A stretch of DNA of 64,000 nucleotides from Nitrospirales bacterium (GTDB lineage: Bacteria; Nitrospirota; Nitrospiria; Nitrospirales; UBA8639). Below the pieces are notes generated by a model. It did no database searches and was not told the origin of the DNA. It was given only the letters and a program-made list of their open reading frames with translations. The stretch spans positions 1 through 64,000 of the forward strand of contig CBDBCZ010000008.1 of NCBI GenBank assembly GCA_965203295.1, given 5' to 3'. A program made the position numbers and the translations under genes. Each line of letters starts with the position of its first letter. Within the stretch, counting starts at the first letter, position 1. Shown here piece by piece: positions 52,427-64,000 of this stretch.

Positions 52427-53282
52427 AATACTTACCTGAAGGCGATGTAGCTAGTGACTAGGTCTTCTTGTGTATCAGAACAATTACTTACATAATAATG
52501 ATGAGTGTGCAGCTGTATAACTTTTTTTAGTTTTACTTGAAGCAGAGTACATGTAGCTGCTCCACAGAATACTGTGTTGGCTGTATATATAACCTGTAAC
52601 CGTATGACCATGGAATCTTAACCTTTTTGGATCACATTTGATTTGTTGTAGCTAGTTGTGCAGTGAATCTATAGAGCTGGTGCATGTGGGTTAGTCTTAA
52701 ACCAACCCAGGTCTTCCTTTTATCTCACAGCCTTGGAGAAATATATCTTTTATCCTGCCAATTATATGCTTCTTAGTGATCTATTTGCGAGCTTTTTTTA
52801 TACTCAGTCCTTCCTTTAATATCCCCTTTTGTAATACTTTCAGGAGATTCACAATGCATGCATGGGCCTCAGAAATTGCCAAGTTCTGGTATCGTACATG
52901 TAGCTAGTAGTTGTTTTCACAGGTAAATGCACGTTGCCTTAAGTGCAGTCAGAAATAGGAAATATCTCCACTTATATTATAGGAAGTACCATGCACCAAG
53001 CAGTGTTGTTTGTTGTTATTTTTGCAGTATGGGTACATATTTGGCTCTATAAATAGCTGGAATGCATGGATGTTACTGTATACTGACGTGCTCAGCAGAA
53101 CTTAGGTAAAGTTAGATGGCTAAGCTTATAATTAGCTTAGCTTCATCTATTGTGATATAATGATGCTGGAGTACAAGAAATTAGGCCTTTTTTCATATAG
53201 CTACAAAAAAAAACTGCATCAAAGCATATGTTTTCCTTGTTTTAATGCTTGCTTTATCCCATTATACATTAATTTACTTTAG

Positions 53283-53395
53283 GAAAAGGAGACAGTTCGT
53301 CTGACTGCTGCCAAGCACCGCCTGCAGCATAAAGCCACTGAGGTGACTGAACAGAACAAGACCCCCCAGAGGGAGTTAACCAAGACCAGGAAAAC
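53283..53395 (+). pseudogene. Diverged duplicate of myosin exon 12181-12293, with intact splice sites and open frame
   Basis: 113 nt like the parent exon, about 90/113 identical by manual count. TTTAG acceptor and GTAAGAT donor are retained, and downstream intron similarity continues (GAAGGGT..AAAAGACTA.TCTCA). Confidence 0.85.
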
Positions 53396-54343
53396 GTAAG
53401 ATAGAAGGGTAAAAGACTAGTCTCAATCTCAAACTGCATTCTACAGTAAATGGGTGGAGGCCTGGAACGAGGCTAGTAGAAGATCGTGACTAGCTAGTGT
53501 TGCATGTGGTAATCTATAGCTACCTAAGCACTGCCCCTAAGAGCTTGGAACTATGCAAAAAGTTATGGAGAAAGGGAGTACCTCAGGACTGGCTTCTGAG
53601 CAGTAGAGGCCTGAGTACTTCCATAATATATGGAGAGGCTGCACGAAGACTCTGTAGCAGGAAAGTGGGAAATGTCTTGTACGTTTTATTCGCAAGAGTG
53701 CTGACTCAGCACACTCATATACCTTTTGTTCCTATCGGGGCTATCACTAAACTGGGTTAGCCAACAGAAACTAGCTAAATTTCACACTCTAAATAGTATA
53801 CTACAATCAAAACTAATGTTGCAAAGCCATACTACAGCAACACTGACTGCCTGAGGCTGAGCAAACAGGTAGATAGAGTTACACTCTTTACTTAATTCCT
53901 GTGGTATCTACTATGCATGCGCAGTATAGTAGTGATCACTACAGCGAAGAGAATCCACTTAGCTAGTTGAACAGCTGCACAGACTGTGCAATTTTTTACT
54001 TAGCTACCCTAGCTATACCCTCCTTTGTTTAGCTAAAGATTTGTAAACTTGCTATTTCCATTCAAGGACTTTTAAGATGTAACTGATCTAATTTCAAATG
54101 TCTGAGCATGTTTACAGTGATCTAAAAAATCGCTAGGAAAATTTTCTTCAAGTTAACGTGAATAGTACGCTTGAATCCATACAATTTAGCATATCATCCC
54201 GCTGTACTCCAGGTATAGTGTGCCACATCCATTTTGCATTCAGATCAGTTTTTGCATCGTAATTTGCCAATGGAAAAGAAGTATGATGTCTCCTCTGGCA
54301 GTTGCTCTTTTGTGATTACTAGCTATTGGCTTCCTCCACTCAG

Positions 54344-57300
54344 TTTACCTGGGGTTCAGAAGCCACTGGAAAAGTGTGGTCCCACTACGTTGGAATCTAC
54401 AGGGGGTGGGGCCATAGGGGGTGGGAGTGATGAGGACGACGACGACTTTGACCTCTTTGGGTCTGATGATGAGGAGGAGAAGGTGTGCATGTGTGTGTGT
54501 GTGTGTATGTGTGTGTGTGATGGGAGTGTGTACATGCATGCAAGTAGCTAGTGTTCAACAACACTTATATTGTACCAATGGGACATAGTAAGCATCTATA
54601 GCTACTAGCTGTTGGTAAACAGTGTCCATAATATATATATATATCATTTTGATTCAGCTATAGATGTATATGTTACTTTAGTGTAAACATACTGTTCTAT
54701 TTATATTCTGCCAATATACCTCCATACACACACGTAATACTATGCACAGGCTGCACAATGGCTGCAAAAGAAGAAAACCAAGAGTGAGCTCCAATTGGGG
54801 CTATAGGAGGCAGTAATTAATACATTGCTTGGTAAATAGTGCATCCGATGTAGGGGTAAGACTACTAGGTGAGTATAACTGTGCCAGAACATCATGAGCA
54901 GTTGTCAGTAGACAATGACAAGTTGAACTTGTCACAGAGCACTGTAAAAAATAAATAGTTTATTTGACTGCTAATTGGCTACCTGAGTTGCAGATGTCTG
55001 AGTATGTAGGTAGGAGTTAGGCCTCAATAGTTACTTACTTATGAAATTTAACATTTCATCAACTGTGAAATTGTTTATCTACATGGAACTCAACAAATTG
55101 GAGGACTTTACATCTATAGAATGTACACATAAATGGAATTTAAGATGAAACTCCCGCTTTTTACACTCGATGTACTTTCAATAAACTGTTACTCATGCAT
55201 ATAATAAACGCTTAAACTTTGGGCTACTCCCTTCTAGGACAGTCAATTGAGCATGGCTACTTATGCAGATAAAATACTTCATGGTTAATGAAATGTTAAA
55301 TTTCACAAGGAAGCAACTACCCTCATACTCAGACATATGGAACTCAGGTAATCAATTAGTAGGCAGAACAACTACTTGCTTTTTTTGCAGTGAGGGGCAT
55401 GGTGAAAGAAGCCTTCAGACACCAAGCCTGTTAGCTACTCCAGCGAACAGAATCTGCGCAGAATTTAACTGCTCACTGTGGAGTACAGCATATTTATTAT
55501 GTATAATTAGAGTTTAGCCCTAACTAGTTGTTATTTCATCTCATTTTTACCTTGCCTCTCCCCCCTCCCCCCGACAACCACCACCAGAGCCCAGCGTGTG
55601 GGTGGCCAAATCGAACATCATTCTGGATGTTAAGCCATGGGACGATGAGATTGGTGGGTGGGATATGTGGGTAGGGTCTTGTTTCTGTGTATAGCTGCAT
55701 TCACTCAAGTAGCTATGTAGGTTACATTAATGGGAAAGTTGGCAGGACAGTAAATTAAAGGGCTCAGAACCAGAGTAGGCCAGCATAAAATCAAACTGGG
55801 AATAATGCATGAATTGCAATTGGTTGTTGACTTGTCGAGGTTTCCAATGAGTGAACGTTACACTACATGTACCATGACCCAGATTGGTATGAAGAACATC
55901 AAGAATGCGGTAAAACATTAAATTAATGCATTGCTAATGTGTTTGGTCAATAGTGCAAAATGCTTGACCACAAACTGTGTAATTCTAATTTACTCACAAC
56001 TAATATAATGGCTCTTGGCTGTGTCCACTCATTCGAAAAACAACCCTCGGGTCAATACGACATTTCCTTTCTTACTGTGGGCATGAACAAGACAGGAGGG
56101 GCTGATTCAATGTCTGCTAGCCTACTATATGCTCCTCAGCCCTTCTATCCTGTTGACAAAATGGGCCCACAACAGGTGAACTCCAGTACCAAACCATTGT
56201 TAAACTTAAGCTAACCATTTAATGTCTTACATAATATGGCCTGCTGTCATTTCCCACTCCTACTCTAGTTTATGCACTCCTGATGGAGAATATAGTGGAC
56301 ACTACAGAATATTAGACGTGAAGTGGCAAGCTGATGTTGAAAATGGGCAGGAAAATTTATAAAATTGTCCCAATTGATAAAATGGGGTGAACATCTAGCT
56401 ACACCATCTACATACTATATACATGGAACAATGGTCTGCTGTTAACGTTTGTAATACCTTACATATAAGGCTATCATAAATCGTGTACTTTTAACAGAAT
56501 CAGATGATATAACCAGAAAATAGTTTTTGAAACAATACATGCATGTAATCATTTGACATAACTATGTGGACTTAGTCTAGTGGCCAGATGTTTTATTAGC
56601 TGTATTCCGGCTATAGTCTGCATAGTACAATAATATTACATACAGAAGCATATATGCTGTCACAGGCCACGATTTTTGCTTTATAACCCAATTATTGCTG
56701 TAGATCTTCGACATAATTATCATTCACATTGTTCATCCCTTCTAGACATGGCTGAGGTAGAGAAAATGGTGCGTTCCATTGAGCATGACGGACTGCTGTG
56801 GGGAGCATGTGAGTTTACCAACATGTACAGTCCTAAAATAAGAATTTCCATTATGTATATAAACATATATGTTGGTAGCCTGGCATCCCATGTTGTCTAC
56901 ATTAGTATGTTATAATCCTGTATACCTAGCCTGAGGAAACTTGAGAGCTGACTGACTATGTATAGCAAATTGGCTCTGGCATGGAAACCAGTGGGATCAT
57001 GAGTCTTTTTCCTCATGGCACCCTAGTAACATCGCTATCCATGAGCTCAATACAAAAGCAAAGTAGTTGTGCGATGGCTTGGGGTTATGTCTGGCCATTA
57101 ATCGGCCATCTTCTTAGCATACAAGGTATGTCAAAGCATGCATTAACGTTATTCAAGTTTCGAATGTAACAGCTGAAAGTGAAACAAATTGTGAAATATA
57201 AAATTCAATCTATAGGCTACTAGCCTCGTTCCTGCATGGGCTTAATTCCTAAAGAAACTGAGTTCTTGAGGGAGGAATATGCATACCCAATGGTGTGTTA

Positions 57301-60300
57301 CCATAACATTTCCTTCTTTGCTCAGCTAATTAGTAGCCCAGCTGATACACTGTTTCCTCCATCCCGTGACCAACAACTGTTGCTGTGAGCTATTATCAGA
57401 CCTTTCTTACTACTAAGTGTACATAGCTACATATACTCAAGTTCCATACAGCAAAAGTAATGGCTGCCTGCAGCTGTCACCTTATTTTAGATTTGAAAGG
57501 GTTCCCCAGGTTGTATTCCACGCTGCATTAGGCATTTAACCTGGAGTCCATTAACTCACAGCCTCATATTACCGCGTGACAGCCTGGACAACAATATGTA
57601 GTGTATACTGGAATCTCAGCTAGCGTTTGTATTGTAACAGTTATTTAAGTTTTGAATGTAACAGCTGAAAGTGAAATAAATTGTGAAATATAAAATTCAA
57701 TCTATAGGCTACTAGCCTTGTTCCTGCATGGGGCTTCCTAAAGGGTTCTTGAGGGAGGAATATGCATACCCAATGGTGTGTTACCATAACATTTCCTTCT
57801 TTGCTCAGCTAATTAGTAGCCCAGCTGATCCACTGTTTCCTCCATCCTGTAACTGTTGCTGTGAGCTATTATCAGCCCTTTCTTACTACTAAGTGTACAT
57901 AGCTACATTTACTCAAATTCCACACTTTAGGGCTCCCCCCCCCCCCCCCCTTTGTATTCCACGCTGCATTAAACATTTAACCTGGAGTCCATTAACTTAC
58001 AGCCTCATATTATCTCGTGACAGCTTGGACAACAATATGCAGTGTATGCTGGGATTTCAGCTAGTGTTTGTGTATTGTAACAGCATGTATGATATTTCTG
58101 ACAAAATGGTGCCTATAGCCAGAGACATAGCTACTCTCGTCAACTTGTGGTGCACAGGAATACGGTAGTTGAGAATCTGTGAGAAGTTTACTACTGATGT
58201 TTGATAGGGAAAGTTACAAGTTTTGTAGTGTTAAAACAGCCAGTCTACAAGACCAGACAAGATCAGAGCGCTGGAAGGTAATGGAGTGATCAAGCAATGC
58301 AGCCACTAGCAGCATAGGCTGTCTCTTGGTTTTCTTTAGCATCCTTTATGGTGGAACATTTCCTTTATCTTAGAAGGATTAGCTAATTCTCTGCAGAAGA
58401 GTGAGCATATCACCAACATTTTCCTCAGACTACTGATCCATTAATACAGTAGAAGCTTCTACTTCGACTAATAACCCACAACCAGTACTGTTGCACTCAC
58501 CAATGTGCATGGTGACATATACACATGTAGCCCGTGTAGCCCCCCCCCACCTCTTCCCTCACCCTATCTCTCCTCCTCCCTCTCATCCTCTCTCTTTCCC
58601 TTCCTCCTCCTCTTCCCATCTACCTCTTTCCTACCCCCCCCCCCTACCTTTAGCAAAACTTGTCCCACTAGCGTACGGCATCAAGAAGCTACAAATCAGC
58701 TGTGTGGTAGAAGACGATAAGGTACGTACGGCTGCAATAAACACTATCACAATGGAAACACAGTATGGAGTATTAAAAGAAAACTCACAAAAACAGCCCC
58801 TCGTCCCACAGCGAGTTACTGTTCCAATAATATACTGATAGTAGCAACCTGTGCAACTAATAAAGATAATTTGTTTTCACCATTAGGGTTAGTTGCTGTA
58901 CCTGCAAAAAATAATAGTACACTCCTAATTTTTTCTTTTGGAGCTAATTCACGTTGGCTCTCTTGAGGTGGTATAAGTACAAACTTATATCATTGTGATT
59001 CTTGGGCCATGAAGAGTGTTATTCTTCTGAAAACCCTTCAGAGGAGAGAGGTTCTTTCTATAAATTTTACTTGGCAGACATTTTGCACTAGTATTATACC
59101 CATTTTCTATACACCTGTTTCTCTGTTCATCTGTTTATACCTTTATAGCCAGAAAATTTGGTGATCAGCAAAGGCACAGTTTTAATTCCTGCCAAATTAA
59201 CATCTGCCAATAATATTTTGCTATAACATTACACCCATTGAACACATTGAAGCATGAAGGAATGGCGTGGTACAACTATTTTTTTAGAAAGAATGTAAGT
59301 CTGCTGAAAGACACTTAGTTCCGAAAACAGTGCAGGCAATCTTGAAGGAATATAGCGAGCAAGCCATTGATAATTTTCTTGGTGCATGGCCAACAACAGA
59401 GTCCCTTCACGTAACTACCACTGCAAAGGGATCCTCAACATTGCCACTTTCTACCTTCCACTGCTGCAGTATTTCCCCCAATGACAGAGTCCACATAGTC
59501 TTGAATTGTATTATAAATTTCAGCTCAACACAGCTTCTGAATGAGCACACAGATGACTTAAATGAATTTTTTTGCTTTGCAATCACCAATCACCAAATTT
59601 AAATTCCATGTACCAAATGGAGTATTTACAGCCAGTTGGAAGCTATTTGCAAAATGTAGCTAATTCCCGTCAAATTTTTTTTCTAGCCTTATATCTTTAC
59701 ACTTGGCAGTATATAGCTATTAGGCAAGCAATACTTCCTACGATCATTTATGGCATCTATGTTGTACTTCTGATGAATGATTCACTGATATGTCCTGCCC
59801 TGCTGTCTTCAGCTCCATGATATCCATCTTCAAAGGTTAGTATTATGAATGCCTGAGCCCACAGCAAAGAGATGTGAAGAAGCCCTGTTTGACCTGTAGT
59901 AGCTATACACGGCTTGCTTTTTAGCATTTCCATGTCATTGGTAGATGGCGGGGAGTGGAAAACGACAGTAGCTAGGCATCATCAAGCCCATCTCATGTAC
60001 TATCAAAATGTACAATAGACCACATTATAATGAGCAACTATGTAGTTAGGTTGGTTTCACTGCCATGTGTAAGTGTATATTTGGATACTTTGGTGTAGCT
60101 TCATTCCCAGGCTCTTCTGCCCAGCTTTTTTTCGCACGAAAAAAAGCTGGGCAGACCACATTATAATGAGCAACTTATGTAGTTAGGTTGGTTTCACTGC
60201 CATGTGTTAGTGTATACACTTATATATATTTGGATACTTTGGTGTAGCTTCGTTCCCAGGCTCTTCTGCCCAGCTTTTTTTCGTGCAAAAAAAGCTGGGC

Positions 60301-60560
60301 AGAAGAGCCTGGGAACGAAGCTAGTGAATAAGTCAAAATCCATACACTCATCCATTGATAGAAAGAAATTCTGATTCTGTTCGGCCTCAAGTGCCACATG
60401 ATACAAGATTTATGCTACAGGCATGCCAATAGTGATGGGGTGTAACAGTTGCAGTTTGGCTCTTGTTCTGCAGGTTGGAACAGACTTTTTGGAAGAGGCA
60501 ATTCTTGCCTATGAGGATCTCATTCAATCGGTGGATGTAGCGGCTTTCAACAAGGTGTAA
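54344..60560 (+). CDS. EEF1B2: Elongation factor 1-beta-like (acidic linker and C-terminal GEF domain); N-terminal exons not found, so possibly truncated, chimeric or a pseudogene
   Basis: Exons 54344-54482 (LPGVQKPLEKCGP...DDDDFDLFGSDDEEEK), 54750-54783, 55588-55653 (AKSNIILDVKPWDDE), 56746-56808 (MAEVEKMVRSIEHDGLLWGAS), 58654-58721 (KLVPLAYGIKKLQISCVVEDDK), 60474-60560 (VGTDFLEE...QSVDVAAFNKV*). Phases are compatible. Confidence 0.85.
57162..58085. repeat. ~492-bp tandem segmental duplication in an EF-1-beta intron
   Basis: GAATGTAACAGCTGAAAGTGAAA... begins at 57162 and again at 57654, with colinear similarity to ~58085. Confidence 0.9.
60245..60323. mobile_element. Palindromic TA-flanked mini-MITE (TAGCTTCGTTCCCAGGCTC...GAGCCTGGGAACGAAGCTA); partial copy at ~60095-60155 from a local tandem duplication
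   Basis: Near-perfect hairpin of 79 bp. Related half-motifs (CCTGGGAACGAGGCTA-like) occur at ~688, 45720-45815 and 53460. Confidence 0.75.
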
Positions 60561-60947
60561 AATGTACTGATGCGTTTGCCTAGAAATTCTTTACACACAC
60601 AGCTGAATGGACAAATTACGTGTGTTATTGTAATTGTTTTGCAATGGAACAAAGTAATATAATACATGGCATCGACTCTTGATTCTGTAGCGACAAAGTA
60701 AGCCACCACACGTCTGTGCCGTATGAGGGAACGCTGCCCCTAGTTCATTAGTGACTATTAACCCCACCTTCTGAGTTGCAGCATGGTACTACATGTGTAG
60801 GTTATTCATGGTTGCAGTCTCGCTGCTTGCCGTTTGACGGAGCTGTGTAGTGGCAGCAGCTAGCTGTTCGCTCTCTAAATAGAATAGCTGTTCACTCAGT
60901 AAACACATCTCCACCATCCTAATGCTAGCTCCATGTAGCTATGCTGA

Positions 60948-61206
60948 TACAGTGGAACCCCTCTATTGTGGACACCTTGGGGACCTGGTAAAGAGTCCTG
61001 TATACAGAGGTTTCCTCATTTCGGGGATAGATTTAGATTTAGAAAGTATGTGTGGGACACAGCAAAGTATCCATAAAAATACAGAACTGTCCTTATTTCG
61101 GGGGTAGATTTCTAGTTTAGAAAGCATGTTTGGGACACAGCAAAGTATCCTTAATACAGAACTGTTCATATTTCAGTGGTGTCCTTCAAGAGGGGTTCCA
61201 GTGTAT
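60948..61206. mobile_element. TA-flanked MITE, same family as 24603-24789
   Basis: TACAGTGGAACCCCTCT ... AGAGGGGTTCCAGTGTA terminal inverted repeats. Confidence 0.75.
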
Positions 61207-61255
61207 ACGTATACAGACGTTATGGTCTGCTAAACCCCAGCACTTTAGTAAACCT

Positions 61256-61405
61256 GTACGTATATAGGTTTTTTAAGTGCTTAAATGGTAAAGTGCTCAG
61301 GCTCTTAGAAAACGTTGCCACAAGTCTATGCATAGACTTGTGGCAACGTTTTCTAAGAGCCTGAGCACTCTACCATTTAAGCACTTAAAAAACCTATATA
61401 CGTAC
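61256..61405. repeat. 150-bp near-perfect palindrome with no spacer
   Basis: Centre CAAGTCTATG|CATAGACTTG at 61330/61331; 75-bp arms with one mismatch. The ORF track shows the same peptide on both strands. Confidence 0.95.
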
Positions 61406-61614
61406 TGCATGATGATGTCTGAGCCGATGCATAATTTCTGTAGAACATGATTGTTACATAGCTGTTCCACAAAAAAAATGACAGTACATGAATAATAAAT
61501 GTCTGCTCTATACATGTTATATCTGCATGGTACAACTATGTTATCATTATGAACAGCCATGTACTGTGCACTACACTGCAATAAAAAAAAATAATAATGG
61601 ACGATTCTTGCTAG

Positions 61615-62652
61615 CTATCTCTTTCTTGGTGTCTGGCTCTGTACCTTTCTGACGGCTTCCAGTTCTCTCTGCAGCACCAAACAGTCTGCATTGCTGGCGG
61701 CAAGCATGTCCAGCAGTAGCTCCACCTTGTACTTGAGGAGGTTGTTCTCCTCCAAGAGTCTCAGGTTCTGCTTCTGCAGTCGGACGTAGTCCCTGGAGCC
61801 CAGGACTCCCTGGCTACCGGCTGTGGTGGACGGGTGGCAAGGGTCAAACAAGTTTACTAAGTCTTATGAGTCCATGAAGCCCACTTCAAGTTAAGCCTTG
61901 TGAGCCATGCAAGCCAGACCCTTCCTCTGCACGTGATATACAGCATGCAACATGGTCAGAATGATATGACTCACAAGGCTAGCTTTCTCTGCACATGATA
62001 TACAGCATGCAACATGGTCCGAATGATATGCAGTACTGTACATGAACCTCCGTAGGGGTAACTCTCTCTAACGAGAGCAATATGAAGGACTTAGTCGCTT
62101 AGAGTCCTATATTATAAAGAACTTAGCAGCTTAGGTTGGGGCTGGGAAGATGAGTAATAATGCAGTCTGAGCTGTCCAATTCCCATATGTAGATTACAGT
62201 TTGTGCTCCCAGATTTTTCCTGTGCCTGAAACTCATCTAGATGTGTACTAGCAGACATTTACAGATGGACTCTAGTGTAATTACTTGTGACATCATCAGA
62301 TAAACGGGTGGCATACTAAGAAGTTTCATGAGACTGCATGTGCTTTATTTGGAATAAGCTTATACCCTCTCACCAGCTATAAACTTAACCATAATTATAG
62401 CGGCTTAACTAAGGCTATTAGTGGGTCTAGCGACTTACACACGAGCCACTGCCCGTCCTCAAATGAGACCTCGTGGTCGCCCAGCTTCATTGCGATCGCA
62501 GGTTGGTGTCCTTCTCTCTCCGTGTGCTCCAGCCTCATGCTGTCGGCAGACAAGATCGAGTCTTCCAAGTGAGAGATATTAGGGAGAGACTCCGCCTTTC
62601 TCCGGGGAGGCTTTTTAGGAGTTCTAAAAGACGATCTTGAAAACAGCGGCAT
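61615..62652 (-). CDS. CBY1: Protein chibby homolog (beta-catenin antagonist / basal body protein)
   Basis: Exons 62652-62439 and 61820-61615 (phase 1): MPLFSRSSFRTPKKPPRRKAESLPNISHL...MKLGDHEVSFEDGQW...LQKQNLRLLEENNLLKYKVELLLDMLA, matching Chibby motifs (PKK.P.RK..SLSN, F..GQW, LEEENNLLRLKVDILLDML). Confidence 0.92.
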
Positions 62653-62700
62653 GTCTACAGTCTTTTTTTGCCAGGTGCACGGTGGGAGTTGTCAATATCT

Positions 62701-62714
62701 GTTACTATGGCAAC
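62701..62714. promoter_or_regulatory. RFX X-box motif in the CBY1/SCPEP1 bidirectional promoter
   Basis: GTTACTATGGCAAC fits GTYNCY-AT-RGNAAC and lies 49 bp upstream of the CBY1 ATG. Confidence 0.7.
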
Positions 62715-62810
62715 AACCAGCTAATAAGCTTATAGCGCGCGCTATATAGATTAGCTGCGTGCTGTGTCTAATTATCCGAGCTGCAGAAAATATTTCCCCT
62801 GCATTGAACT

Positions 62811-63402
<592 letters not shown>

Positions 63403-64000
63403 GTGAGTCTCCTCTCTCAAATGATACACTGAGTGTGCCTAGTCTCGTGCCCAGACCGTTGTTAGGGTCTTGGCACGAGACTGGAGTGTGCCTGTAATGA
63501 TGATTGTCTGTGGTAGTGAGTGTGCGTGGACACACACATGCATGTTATTTAAACATTGTGAAGAAATACTTTCTGTTGATCTATAATTAATGTAGAAACA
63601 CATTTCTTATACCAGGAGAGCCATTAATGTCACATGATTTTTTAAGGACCATTAAAGTCACATGATGAAGCTTGTTTTTGCTCATTAATTAAGGACCATT
63701 ACCAGTAAGTCACATGATGCTGATTCACTGTTGTAAGTACATTATACATGTAGCAGTTCTTTGCGGATTGTATTTGGTAGGCTTCTAATTGACAACATGT
63801 GTTCACTCTAATGCCCCAACTAATGGCTTGTCTGAGTTCTCTCACCCACAGACTCTTGTTTTTTTTTGTTTGCTTGTTTTTTTTGTTTTGTTTTTTTCAG
63901 CAAACTAAAAGCAGGAGGCCAAACCCTTTCTGCATAGCCGCACCTCATTCCCGGACCCATACCATTACGAACTGTGTGATGGCTTTCGTAAACCCCCCAA

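Noticed and set aside
52870..52910. Possible remnant of the EF-1-beta N-terminal WYxHI motif
   Set aside because: Needs a frameshift and overlaps the ubiquitous TACATGTAGCT word; not significant.
61176..61581. Identical peptides encoded on both strands
   Set aside because: A trivial result of the DNA palindrome; no gene features.

Overview
Intron-rich eukaryotic (animal) genomic DNA. The repeat landscape and gene style are compatible with a demosponge, but this is inference only. Left to right: (1) the 3' half of a smooth/non-muscle-type myosin II heavy chain gene (+, 1-12780; 19 exons traced; one +1 frameshift in a G-run); (2) a giant single-pass receptor gene (-, about 14353-40836; 17 phase-compatible exons; about 6,700 aa) built as signal peptide, ~2,850-aa Ser/Thr/Pro mucin tract, NIDO, AMOP, vWD (GDPH), EGF repeats, ~21 cadherin repeats, SEA/MAD-like domain, TM and a non-classical cytoplasmic tail; (3) ZNF207/BuGZ (-), with a U12-type first intron, head-to-head with CENP-X (+); (4) an intronless 214-aa orphan gene with an N-myristoylation motif; (5) a duplicated myosin exon lying in phase upstream of an EF-1-beta gene that lacks its N-terminal exons; (6) Chibby (-) head-to-head with SCPEP1 (+) around an RFX X-box. 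Non-coding DNA holds a piggyBac MITE, TA-flanked MITEs, Helentron-like elements, a tRNA-Thr-like/SINE unit, a Penelope-like degenerate hammerhead repeat, minisatellites and long palindromes. The mucin-MUC4-module-cadherin hybrid receptor is the most striking feature. All coordinates were read by eye and no searches were run.
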